Shown one piece after another: positions 10,063 through 19,534 of a stretch of DNA of 61,380 bases (position 1 is its first letter; the number at the start of each line of letters is the position of its first letter). The notes beneath the pieces were generated by a model that was not told where the DNA came from, did no database searches, and saw nothing but the letters and a program-made list of their open reading frames with translations. Where the stretch lies: contig PLYJ01000033.1 of assembly GCA_003151745.1 (NCBI GenBank), forward strand, positions 1 through 61,380. Direction: 5' to 3'. The DNA is from Bacteroidota bacterium (lineage in GTDB: Bacteria; Bacteroidota; Bacteroidia; AKYH767-A; 2013-40CM-41-45). A program made the position numbers and the translations under genes.

Positions 10063-12057
10063 ATGAAAGGACAAGTATTCCTGTTAACATTTATAATCAG
10101 CATAAACTTTACAAATGCACAATGGCAGCAAACCAATGGACCTTATGGAGGCATTATTTATTGTATGGCTGCAAGCGGAACAAATATTTTTGCAGGGAGC
10201 TTCAACGGTGTGTTTTTATCTACTAATAATGGTGCAAGTTGGACTGCTGTTAATAACGGTTTGCCAAATTCCAAGATTTTAACCTTAACGATAAGCGGAA
10301 CGAATATTTTTGCAGGCTCCAGCGATGGTATATATGTATCTTTCAATAACGGGTCAAGCTGGAGGGCAGTTAATAACAACCTGATTAGTACTTTGATTAT
10401 CTCAATGGTTATAAGCAATGGAAATATTTTTGCGGGAACCAGCAGCGGGGTCTTTTTATATTCAGACAATGGAAGCATCTGGACGGCAGTAAATAACGGA
10501 TTATCCAGTAAACATGTTGAAGCAATGGCTGCAATGGGAACAAGCATTTTTGTTTCCACCTGGAGTGGAGTTTATTTGTCCACTGATAGTGGAGCGACCT
10601 GGAAGCTTAGCGAAAATGGATTGGCCGATCCTAACGTGAGATCATTTTCTGTAAACGGAACAACTATTTACGCAGCAACTCCTTTTCACGGGGTGTATTT
10701 ATCTATTGATGCAGGGGCAAACTGGGCACCTGCTAATAATGGCTTGACATTTCCCTCAGTTTTTTCATTCGCAATAAGCGGATCGAATATTTTTACTGGA
10801 ACCAAGGGCGGTGTATTTTTATCAACTAATGGTGGGGCAAGCTGGACAGAGGCTGATAGCGGTTTAACCGGCACAAATGTTTCCTGCTGCACTTCAATCG
10901 GAACCGATATTTTTGCTGCAACAAATGGAAGCGGTATCTTTTTAACTTCGGACAGCGGAGCAAGTTGGACGCCTGTTAATACCGGCTTGACTACTATTAA
11001 TCCAATGGGCGGTGAGACGGGTTCCGATGTATCTTCATTGACTGCATGCGGAACGAATGTTTTTGCAGGAAGTAGTAGTGACGGAATGTTTGTAACAAGT
11101 AATAATGGATCAAGCTGGACGATGGATAGCAAGGGCTTAACAGACTCCTTCTATGTAACCATGGCAATTTATTCAATACTTGCAACCGGAACGAATATTT
11201 TTGCGGCAACAGATGTCGGCATCTTTTTATCCCGCGACACAGGATCAAGCTGGACACCGGTTACTAATGGTTTGCCGCCGGACACAGCTTCTTCCAACAC
11301 GACTATTTTTTTGTCATTAGCATCCTTTGGGGCAAATATTTTTGCAGGGACGTATCAACATGGCATGTTTTTATCCATTGACAGCGGTGCAAGTTGGAAG
11401 GCCGTTACAAGCTTACCAGACAGTATTGATATTTTTGCATTAGCAGTAATTGGAAGAAATGTTTTTGCAAGCAATAATGGACAGGTATTCTTATCCCAAG
11501 ATACCGGTACAAGCTGGACACTGATTGATAATGGGTTACCGGGAAGCGGCATTTCATCATTCGTTGTATATGGTACGAATATTTTTGCGGGAACGGAAGG
11601 TGGCGGCGTTTATTTGTCGTCCAATAACGGAGCACTTTGGACGTCTGTTAATGATGGTTTAACATTCCCCAATGTTCAATCATTATATATAAGCGGAACG
11701 AATATTTATGCAGGGACAACCGGTGAAGGAACCTGGAAACGTTCCTTATCAGATATTTTAACTTCAACAGTGAATATCAGTGTTGACAATATTGGCTTTA
11801 ATATTTTCCCTAACCCCGCCACCAACCGACTCACTATTCATACTACATCTTTTCACAATGAAGCAGTGATGGTTTCGGTGATGAATGTGCTTGGGCAGGA
11901 GGCCTCACCCCCGGCCCATCTTTCCCGAAAAATCGGGACAGGCACCGGAGAAGGGGAGGATGCGGTGATTGATGTTTCGAAGCTTACGGCGGGAATGTAT
12001 TTTCTTCAATTGAAGTCATTGGATGGATCGTTTATAAAGAAGTTTGTAAAGGAATAA
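10063..12057 (+). CDS. BNR/Asp-box repeat beta-propeller protein with T9SS type A sorting domain
   Basis: Signal peptide ending AQW, SxDxGxxW repeats and a CTD (FPNP...GMYFL...KKFVKE). Confidence 0.9.
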   Translation: MKGQVFLLTFIISINFTNAQWQQTNGPYGGIIYCMAASGTNIFAGSFNGVFLSTNNGASWTAVNNGLPNSKILTLTISGTNIFAGSSDGIYVSFNNGSSWRAVNNNLISTLIISMVISNGNIFAGTSSGVFLYSDNGSIWTAVNNGLSSKHVEAMAAMGTSIFVSTWSGVYLSTDSGATWKLSENGLADPNVRSFSVNGTTIYAATPFHGVYLSIDAGANWAPANNGLTFPSVFSFAISGSNIFTGTKGGVFLSTNGGASWTEADSGLTGTNVSCCTSIGTDIFAATNGSGIFLTSDSGASWTPVNTGLTTINPMGGETGSDVSSLTACGTNVFAGSSSDGMFVTSNNGSSWTMDSKGLTDSFYVTMAIYSILATGTNIFAATDVGIFLSRDTGSSWTPVTNGLPPDTASSNTTIFLSLASFGANIFAGTYQHGMFLSIDSGASWKAVTSLPDSIDIFALAVIGRNVFASNNGQVFLSQDTGTSWTLIDNGLPGSGISSFVVYGTNIFAGTEGGGVYLSSNNGALWTSVNDGLTFPNVQSLYISGTNIYAGTTGEGTWKRSLSDILTSTVNISVDNIGFNIFPNPATNRLTIHTTSFHNEAVMVSVMNVLGQEASPPAHLSRKIGTGTGEGEDAVIDVSKLTAGMYFLQLKSLDGSFIKKFVKE

Positions 12058-12154
12058 AGATCGGTTCTTGATCATTTTCGGTCATTTTTTCGACCTTACT
12101 GTAATTTAAAATGATAAAAAGAGGCTGCTTGTTTGGTTATTTACATGCTTTTAC

Positions 12155-12162
12155 TACATTTG
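12155..12162 (+). promoter_or_regulatory. Bacteroidota -7 promoter element for rplU
   Basis: TACATTTG, with TTTG upstream at 12132. Confidence 0.75.
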
Positions 12163-12209
12163 CAACCCCAATTTAGAAAGGGGTATTAGAAACATTAAAT
12201 TTTTCGAAA

Positions 12210-12554
12210 ATGTACGCAATTGTAAACATAGCGGGTCAGCAATTTAAGGTGGAGAAAGACCAACAGATAATCGTTCACCGTTTAGCTACGGAAGAAGGGA
12301 AGAGCGTTGACTTCAAAGACCTTGTTATGGTTGATGATAAAGGCAAAATAAAAATGGGGGCAGATGCGTTGAAGGGTGCATTTATTTCGGCCAAGGTGAT
12401 CTCTCATCTTCGCGGTGATAAAGTAATTATCTTCAAAAAGAAAAGAAGAAAAGGATATCAGAAGCAGACAGGTCACAGGCAGGATCTTACCAAGATTCAA
12501 ATCGAATCTATTTCTTTAAAATCAAAAGAAAGCAAGGCAACTAAAGAGGCGTAA
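12210..12554 (+). CDS. rplU: 50S ribosomal protein L21
   Basis: MYAIV..GQQFKV and KKKRRKGY...GHRQ. Confidence 0.98.
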   Translation: MYAIVNIAGQQFKVEKDQQIIVHRLATEEGKSVDFKDLVMVDDKGKIKMGADALKGAFISAKVISHLRGDKVIIFKKKRRKGYQKQTGHRQDLTKIQIESISLKSKESKATKEA

Positions 12555-12582
12555 TAACTTTAAACTTTAAACTCATTTTAAG

Positions 12583-12849
12583 ATGGCACATAAGAAAGGC
12601 GTTGGTAGTTCAAGAAATGGACGCGAATCTCACAGCAAAAGATTGGGCATAAAAATATTCGGCGGACAAAAAGTAGTTGCCGGAAACATTATCGTTCGCC
12701 AACGCGGCACCAAGCATCACCCGGGTGATAACGTAGGCATTGGAAAAGACCATACGCTTTTTTCATTGATTAACGGAGTGGTTGTTTTCAAAAAGAAAGC
12801 AAACGACAAGACCCACGTTTCAGTTCTTCCTGTTCAGGCAGAAGCTTAA
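12583..12849 (+). CDS. rpmA: 50S ribosomal protein L27
   Basis: [16 protein letters not shown]. Confidence 0.98.
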   Translation: MAHKKGVGSSRNGRESHSKRLGIKIFGGQKVVAGNIIVRQRGTKHHPGDNVGIGKDHTLFSLINGVVVFKKKANDKTHVSVLPVQAEA

Positions 12850-12875
12850 AAACATTTTTTGGTTTTAAATGAGAG

Positions 12876-12899
12876 ATCCCGCACATGCGGGATTTTTTA
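12876..12899 (+). terminator. Intrinsic terminator formed by a TCCCGCACRTGCGGGA palindrome
   Basis: atcccgcacatgcgggat followed by a T run, just after rpmA. Confidence 0.7.
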
Positions 12900-12912
12900 T
12901 TTGTGGCCATCG

Positions 12913-12993
12913 GAACGCGGATTTTTATGATGGTTATGCTTTACGCTGATAAAAAATCATACTGTATCTTAATCATCATAAAAATCCGCGTTC
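12913..12993. repeat. 81-bp palindromic element, GAACGCGG family
   Basis: gaacgcggatttttatgatg ... catcataaaaatccgcgttc. Confidence 0.93.
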
Positions 12994-12995
12994 TA

Positions 12996-15098
12996 TTATC
13001 TTACAGTACCACCATTGTCAATAACCTTGGTGGGAGCAACAAAAGCTAATTCACCATTTGCATTCTCCGCCATCAATATCATGCCTTGCGATTCAATGCC
13101 TTTAATTTTTCGTGGTTCAAGGTTTACTAAAATGCTCACCTGCTGACCAATTATTTTCTCAGGTTCATAAAAAGCGGCAATGCCTGAAACAACAATACGT
13201 TTGTCAATGCCTGTATCAATAGTCAACTTTAAAAGCTTATCCGTTTTCGGAACACGCTCAGCAGCGAGAATGGTTCCAATGCGAATATCCATTTTTGAAA
13301 ACTCATCAAACGTAGTGCTGGACTTCGCGCTTGCTTCGGCGGGGGGTGCATTTGATGCGGCATTTGTTGGTTCGGATTGATTCAGGGTTTTAGAGGAATT
13401 AAGTTTTTGAATTTGTTTTTCAATGACGTCGTCTTCCACTTTTTCAAATAGTAATGCAGGAGTGCCAAGCTGATGACCGGGTTTAAGCACCTGTCCCTCC
13501 AAATGAGTCCATTGCATTTTTTCGATGTTGAGCATCTTAAGAATATTGGCTGAAGTATCTGGTAAAAACGGCTCAGCGAGAACAGCTAAGTAAGCCGTGA
13601 TCTCCAATGACATATATAGAATAGTAGCAACACGATCAGGATCTGTTTTAACTAGCTTCCAGGGTTCCGTATCGGCAAGATATTTATTTCCTGTGCGGGC
13701 CAAATCAATCAGTTCTGCCAATGCTTCACGAAAACGATATTTTTCGATGGCCTCACCGATATTTTTCTTTGCCCGCTTCATGGCAGCAACACACTCTTTT
13801 TCAAGATCGGTGGCGTTGCCATGTTGCGGTACCTTGCTTTCATAATAGTTCTTTGTCAGCACCAGTGTCCTGTTCACGAAGTTTCCGAAGATGGCAACCA
13901 GCTCATTATTCACTCTTGCCTGGAAATCTTTCCAGGTGAATTCACTGTCCTTTGTTTCCGGTGCAATCGAAGTGAGCACGTAACGCAATTCATCCTGCTT
14001 GTTCGGAAACGCTTCCAAATATTCATGCAGCCAAACAGCCCAGTTGCGTGAAGTGGAAATTTTATCTCCTTCCAGATTCAGAAACTCATTAGCCGGAACA
14101 TTTTCCGGTAAAATAAATTCTCCTTCTGCCTTAAGCATGGCGGGAAAAATGAGGCAATGAAAAACAATATTATCCTTCCCTATAAAATGAATCAACTTAG
14201 TTTCAGGATCGCACCAATAGTTTTTCCATTGCTCTTTAAATTTCGGATTTCGTCCCGCACGTGCGGGATCGGATTTCGGATTTTTTTCAAATAATGCTTT
14301 TGTTGCAGATATATAACCAATAGGTGCATCAAACCAGACATATAGCACCTTGCCCTTTGCATCAGGCAATGGAACAGGAACGCCCCAATCAAGATCGCGC
14401 GTTACGGCTCTTGGCTGCAAGCCCTGATCTAACCAGGATTTACATTGTCCCAATACATTATTCTTCCACTCTCCTTCCTTGCTTCTTATCCATTTGTCAA
14501 GCCACTCGTTCTGCATTTTATCAAGAGGCAGATACCAGTGTTTTGTTTTCTTTAATATCGGCGGCTTTCCGCTAAGCTGTGAATGAGGATTAATAAGATC
14601 GCGCGGAGATAAACTCGTTCCGCATTTTTCGCATTGATCGCCGTATGCATTCGAGTTGCCGCAATTGGGACAGGTACCTACTATGTAACGATCAGCCAAA
14701 AACATTTGCGTCTCTTCATCAAAATACTGTTCACTTTCTTCTGTGATGAAAACATTTTTGTCGTACAAGGTTGTGAAAAAGGCAGAAGCTGTTTCATAAT
14801 GTATCTTATCGCTTGTGCGGTGATATATATCAAATGAAATGCCGAAGTCGGCAAAGCTCTTTTTAATGATGCCATGATATTTATCTACTACTTGCTGAGG
14901 AGTGATGCCTTCCTTCCGTGCGCGTAAAGTAATGGGCACTCCATGTTCATCCGAGCCGCAGATGAAGATTACATCTTCCCCTTTCAGACGAAGATACCGC
15001 ACAAAAATATCAGCAGGAAGATAAGCACCGGCAAGATGACCTATATGGATTGGACCGTTGGCGTATGGCAGTGCAGCGGTGACGGTGTATCGGGACAT
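12996..15098 (-). CDS. metG: Methionine--tRNA ligase
   Basis: HIGH, zinc knuckle, KISTS and a C-terminal tRNA-binding domain. Confidence 0.98.
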   Translation of the reverse strand: MSRYTVTAALPYANGPIHIGHLAGAYLPADIFVRYLRLKGEDVIFICGSDEHGVPITLRARKEGITPQQVVDKYHGIIKKSFADFGISFDIYHRTSDKIHYETASAFFTTLYDKNVFITEESEQYFDEETQMFLADRYIVGTCPNCGNSNAYGDQCEKCGTSLSPRDLINPHSQLSGKPPILKKTKHWYLPLDKMQNEWLDKWIRSKEGEWKNNVLGQCKSWLDQGLQPRAVTRDLDWGVPVPLPDAKGKVLYVWFDAPIGYISATKALFEKNPKSDPARAGRNPKFKEQWKNYWCDPETKLIHFIGKDNIVFHCLIFPAMLKAEGEFILPENVPANEFLNLEGDKISTSRNWAVWLHEYLEAFPNKQDELRYVLTSIAPETKDSEFTWKDFQARVNNELVAIFGNFVNRTLVLTKNYYESKVPQHGNATDLEKECVAAMKRAKKNIGEAIEKYRFREALAELIDLARTGNKYLADTEPWKLVKTDPDRVATILYMSLEITAYLAVLAEPFLPDTSANILKMLNIEKMQWTHLEGQVLKPGHQLGTPALLFEKVEDDVIEKQIQKLNSSKTLNQSEPTNAASNAPPAEASAKSSTTFDEFSKMDIRIGTILAAERVPKTDKLLKLTIDTGIDKRIVVSGIAAFYEPEKIIGQQVSILVNLEPRKIKGIESQGMILMAENANGELAFVAPTKVIDNGGTVR

Positions 15099-15205
15099 AA
15101 AGATGTTTAAGGTTTAATATTTAAGGTCTAGGGTTGTTTTGTGCAATAACATTAAACGTTAAACCTTAAACTTTAAATTTTAAATTCGCGCCAAAGATAC
15201 TAAAC

Positions 15206-16114
15206 GTGATTACTCCTCCATATTTGAAAGCCGGAGACGGTGTTGCCATCATTGCCACTGCACGTAAAGTGAAGAAGGCAGAGGTTAAAGCTGCTATAAG
15301 CATACTTGAATCGTGGGGGCTTGACGTGAAGCCCGGAAAAAATCTTTTCAAAGATCAAAACCAATTTGCCGGAAGCGATGAAGAACGTTTGGATGATTTG
15401 CAACGCGCGCTGAATAATAAAAATGTCAAGGCTATTCTTGTTGCACGCGGTGGTTACGGTTCGGTAAGGGTCATTGACAAAGTTGAATTCAAGCGATTCA
15501 TTAATAATCCAAAATGGATTATCGGCTTCAGCGACATCACGGTTCTTCATTCTCATGTTCATACGCATTGTGGTGTGGAGACCATACATGCACCCATGTT
15601 GCTCAATATTCCTAATCTCAGCGAACAGGCGCTTAATGTTTATAAGGATGCATTATTCGGTAAGCGGTTGAGCTATGCCGTCTCCAAGCAAACTCCCCTC
15701 CAGTTGAAGATGAACAGGGCAGGTGCTGGCAAGGGGATGTTAGTGGGTGGAAATCTTTCACTGCTTTATTCTCTGATTGGATCGCCATCTGATATAGACA
15801 CCAACGGCAAAATTCTTTTCATCGAGGACCTTGATGAATATCTCTACCACATTGACCGCATGATGATGAACCTGAAACGCACAGGCAAACTACAAAACCT
15901 TGCAGGGCTTGTCGTTGGAGGCATGACAGAAATGAAGGATAATGAGATTCCGTTTGGCAAAACAGCAGAGGAAATTATTTTAGATGTAGTGGCTGAATAC
16001 AATTACCCTGTGTGTTTTGGATTCCGTTCCGGGCATTTGAAGGATAACTATCCTTTGATTTTCGGAAGGGAGGTTTCATTGAAGGTAGGTGAGAAGATTG
16101 AGTTGATCTTTTAA
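15206..16114 (+). CDS. LD-carboxypeptidase (peptidase S66)
   Basis: RGGYG, IGFSDIT, GGNL and FIED. Confidence 0.93.
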   Translation: MITPPYLKAGDGVAIIATARKVKKAEVKAAISILESWGLDVKPGKNLFKDQNQFAGSDEERLDDLQRALNNKNVKAILVARGGYGSVRVIDKVEFKRFINNPKWIIGFSDITVLHSHVHTHCGVETIHAPMLLNIPNLSEQALNVYKDALFGKRLSYAVSKQTPLQLKMNRAGAGKGMLVGGNLSLLYSLIGSPSDIDTNGKILFIEDLDEYLYHIDRMMMNLKRTGKLQNLAGLVVGGMTEMKDNEIPFGKTAEEIILDVVAEYNYPVCFGFRSGHLKDNYPLIFGREVSLKVGEKIELIF

Positions 16115-16122
16115 TTTAAACC

Positions 16123-16482
16123 ATGACGAAAGAAGAACTTGGCAAACTCGGTGAAGAACTGGCTTGTGAAATGCTTAGTAAAAAGGGCTATTTCATTAAG
16201 AAACGCAACTATCGTTTCGATAGAGCTGAGGTGGACATCATCGCAGAGAAAGATAAGATGATTGTGTTTGTGGAAGTGAAAGCACGAGAGTCAGATTATT
16301 TGAGTGATGCAGCGTTATTGGTTCCCATGAAAAAGCAAAAGCAAATCATTAAAGCAGCTGATGCTTACCTGAAAGAGAATGATCTTGACAATGAAGGACG
16401 TTTTGATATCGTAATCGCCATCATCAACAGTAAATATAAAAAGCTGGATCATTTAGAGGATGCTTTCTATCCAACCCTCTGA
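16123..16482 (+). CDS. YraN family protein
   Basis: GKLGEELA, EVDII, VFVEVK and RFD. Confidence 0.92.
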   Translation: MTKEELGKLGEELACEMLSKKGYFIKKRNYRFDRAEVDIIAEKDKMIVFVEVKARESDYLSDAALLVPMKKQKQIIKAADAYLKENDLDNEGRFDIVIAIINSKYKKLDHLEDAFYPTL

Positions 16483-16548
16483 TTTACTGCATATTTAGTG
16501 CCCTCTGCCTCCTTTATTTGGCTACCTTTGACGCCCAATTAATTATAT

Positions 16549-18336
16549 ATGAGTCCCAGAAAGAATTTTTCATCTGCCAAAGGCAGGGATGATAAACCCA
16601 AAAGAGCATTTAAAGGCAATCCCGCACGTGCGGGAGGCGACAAGCCTGCATTCAAAAAAAGCTATAGCAGCGATAGCAGCTTCTCTAAAGACAAAGAAGA
16701 GAAGGGCAGTTTCCGCAACCCTTCCACCCGCAGTTCACGCCCGGACTACAGGGAACGCAAACCATTCCGCCGACCTGAAGGTAAATTCGGTGACGATAAA
16801 AGAAGAAGTGGTTCAAAACCTGCACACAGCCCAAGAAATCCAAAATGGGAAGCAAGACCGGATTGGAAAAGAGATAATAATCCTGTAACTCCAAAGGAAG
16901 CACGCGGAACGTACTCCCGTGATAAACGAAGTGATGAATGGGAGAGTAAACCATTCCGCAGACCAGGCAATAAATTCGGAGATGACACCCGACCGACTGA
17001 ACGGTCGTTCGGGCGGGGAAGAAGAGATGCTCCAAGAACAGAAGAAGGCAGAGAACGCAACCGGGAAGACAGACCGGAAAGAACTACAGGAGACGATGCA
17101 CGTGCACCAAGAGTGCGCGAATCCCGCGATGCACGTCCTGACAGAGAAAGCAAGCCATTCAGAAAACCAACCCGTAAATCTAATGGTGATTCAAGACCAT
17201 CGTATAAAGATTTCAAATCAGAAGAGAGACCGGAAAGAACTTCAGGAGAAGACACACCTGCACCAAGAGTTCGCGAATCGCGTGATGCTCGTCCTGATGA
17301 CAGAGAGCGCAAACCATATAGAAAGCCCGAGGGCAGGTTTGGCGATGACACCCGCCCGCCCGGACGATCATTCGGGCAGGGAAGAGCTCCAAGGGAAAGG
17401 ACTTCCTTTTCAAGAGATGCTCGTCCGGAAGACGGAGAGAAAAAATGGAATCGCAAAGCTGACAGTGAATTTTACGGTGACAAAAGAAAAGCAGCACCGC
17501 GCGGACGAGGTTTCGATAAAAAGCCGGGAAAGCGCAATTCCACTCCGCTTGGTGGTGAGGCCGATGACGGACTCATTCGCCTCAACAAATTCATTTCCAA
17601 TGCAGGCATTTGTTCCAGGAGAGAAGCAGATGAGATGATTGAAGCGGGAGTGGTTTCTGTGAATGGAGAAGTGGTTGTACAGCTTGGCTACAAAGTGAAG
17701 CCTGAAGACGTTGTGAAATACAACAACGAAGTCCTCAAATCAGAAAAGATGGTTTACCTTCTGCTCAACAAGCCAAAAGATTTCATCACCACTGCCGACG
17801 ATCCTGAAAAGCGCAAGACGGTGATGACGTTAATCGCTAATGCCTGCAAGGAAAGGGTGTATCCTGTAGGTCGTTTGGACCGTAACACAACAGGCTTGTT
17901 GCTGATGACGAACGACGGCGACTTAACACGCAAGCTCACACATCCGAGCTTTGAAGTGCAGAAAATATACCAGGCAGAATTAGACAGGGCATTTAAACCT
18001 GCTGACATGATGGAAGTTGAAAAGGGACTTCACCTCGAAGACGGCTTTGTCAAAGTAGATGCCATCAGTTATGTAGGCACAGGACAAGATAAAGCTGTGC
18101 TTGGCGTGGAACTTCATTCCGGCAAGAACAGAATCGTACGCCGCATTTTTGAACACCTCGGCTATGAAGTAAAGAAACTTGACCGCGTTTATTTTGCAGG
18201 CATCTCCAAAAAAGATTTACCCCGCGGACGCTGGAGATTTCTCAGCGACCTTGAAGTGGCAAGCTTAAAGATTATGACAGGAAGCAAGAAGTTTAAGAAC
18301 CTTGCTCCGGTGGAAGAGACGCAGGAATTAGAATAA
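16549..18336 (+). CDS. rluB: rRNA pseudouridine synthase (RluB/RsuA family) with long low-complexity N-terminus
   Basis: S4 domain RLNKFISNAGICSRREAD, then VGRLDRNTTGLL and GKNRIVRR. Confidence 0.88.
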   Translation: MSPRKNFSSAKGRDDKPKRAFKGNPARAGGDKPAFKKSYSSDSSFSKDKEEKGSFRNPSTRSSRPDYRERKPFRRPEGKFGDDKRRSGSKPAHSPRNPKWEARPDWKRDNNPVTPKEARGTYSRDKRSDEWESKPFRRPGNKFGDDTRPTERSFGRGRRDAPRTEEGRERNREDRPERTTGDDARAPRVRESRDARPDRESKPFRKPTRKSNGDSRPSYKDFKSEERPERTSGEDTPAPRVRESRDARPDDRERKPYRKPEGRFGDDTRPPGRSFGQGRAPRERTSFSRDARPEDGEKKWNRKADSEFYGDKRKAAPRGRGFDKKPGKRNSTPLGGEADDGLIRLNKFISNAGICSRREADEMIEAGVVSVNGEVVVQLGYKVKPEDVVKYNNEVLKSEKMVYLLLNKPKDFITTADDPEKRKTVMTLIANACKERVYPVGRLDRNTTGLLLMTNDGDLTRKLTHPSFEVQKIYQAELDRAFKPADMMEVEKGLHLEDGFVKVDAISYVGTGQDKAVLGVELHSGKNRIVRRIFEHLGYEVKKLDRVYFAGISKKDLPRGRWRFLSDLEVASLKIMTGSKKFKNLAPVEETQELE

Positions 18337-18356
18337 AAAATTTAGCTACACATAAC

Positions 18357-18548
18357 TCATTTATTTTCTTTGCTATCCTTCCTTAGTTTCATTTTCACTT
18401 CTTCCCACGTATAATTCTTTCCTTTGCCCTGTTTATATTCTTCAAGTCTCCTGTCAAGTTCGGCTTTTTGCTCATTACTAAGCAACGACTGGCTTTCAAA
18501 CTTGTGAATAAACCGCTGAAGATTTTTGCTTAGTCGGGTGCTTGTCAT
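18357..18548 (-). CDS. Putative addiction-module antitoxin, orphan
   Basis: LSNEQKAELDRRLEEY...YTWEEVK. ATG 18548 lies just downstream of TATCTTTG at 18553-18560. Confidence 0.72.
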   Translation of the reverse strand: MTSTRLSKNLQRFIHKFESQSLLSNEQKAELDRRLEEYKQGKGKNYTWEEVKMKLRKDSKENK

Positions 18549-18694
18549 AGAGCAAAGATAATTGATTGTTTGCAGTTTTTCTAATTGTGATGAGTAAATA
18601 CATCCAACAGATGCTGCGTGACTGGTGGGTCGCACACAGTCTTAAATAATAAAGCGCGCGGGATTGACAATCAAAGTAAGTGAGCAAGCAGAAA

Positions 18695-19300
18695 ACCATG
18701 CATATCCTCATTAAATCCATGCCTAACCTTTTTGAAGCTATGCATGATCTTTTCAGTGTTTGAGCAACCTTATCAGTTTCATGTGTAATCTTATTAATTT
18801 CATGTGTAACTTTTCAAATTCTTCACGCATCTCAATTAATTCATGCATAACCTCATCAATTTCATGCGTAATCTTTGAAGTTTCATACATAACTTTTTAA
18901 ATTCTTCGCATGAAATTGATGTGGTTAGTGCAAACCCGTTAATTTCATGTGCAACCTTAAAAATTCTTCACATGAACACGACAAGCATTCGTATAACCTT
19001 AGAAAGCCCATCAATAATCTTGATAAAGCTTCACATGAATGCAACAAAGTCATGCATGACTTCATCAGTGTTATGCATGCTTTCAATAGAGTCATGCATG
19101 GAATCGTTAAAGTTATGCATGAATTCAACAGTGTCATGCATGAAATTGGTAAGATCATGCATGGATTCAATAGAGTCATGCATGCTTTTGATAGAGTCAT
19201 GCATGGAATCGTGAATGTCATACATGAAATCAATAGAGTGATGCATGGTATTATTAAAGTCATGTATGAAATTAATAAAGTCATGCATGGATTTTGCCTG
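18695..19300. repeat. Degenerate ~21-bp tandem array with CATGCATG core
   Basis: 12 cores exactly 21 bp apart from 19051 to 19282. More degenerate units with small slips extend back to about 18695. Confidence 0.9.
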
Positions 19301-19534
19301 AATAGTACGTTTTTTATGAAAATTTGAGAGGTTTTTGAAAAATGTGATAGAAATTTAGTTATGGAGGAATGTATACGATACACCCCTAAAGGATTATTTT
19401 TATCTCTTAAGAGTTTGGGGTTCAAAAACATTCCTACTTTTGACAATGCTTTGAATACTATTCGAGCTAAGCACAATAAATTATTCTTCTGCATTTCTTT
19501 ATTTGTAATCTTAGTGAACAAGAATATGAAATAA

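Noticed and set aside
16589-17638. Long alternative ORFs over the rluB N-terminus
   Set aside because: They are shadows of low-complexity coding sequence with no recognisable motifs.
18695-19300. CRISPR array (also considered for 7716-8030 and 41545-41796)
   Set aside because: The 21-bp period is too short, the repeats are degenerate, there are no unique ~30-bp spacers and no cas genes.
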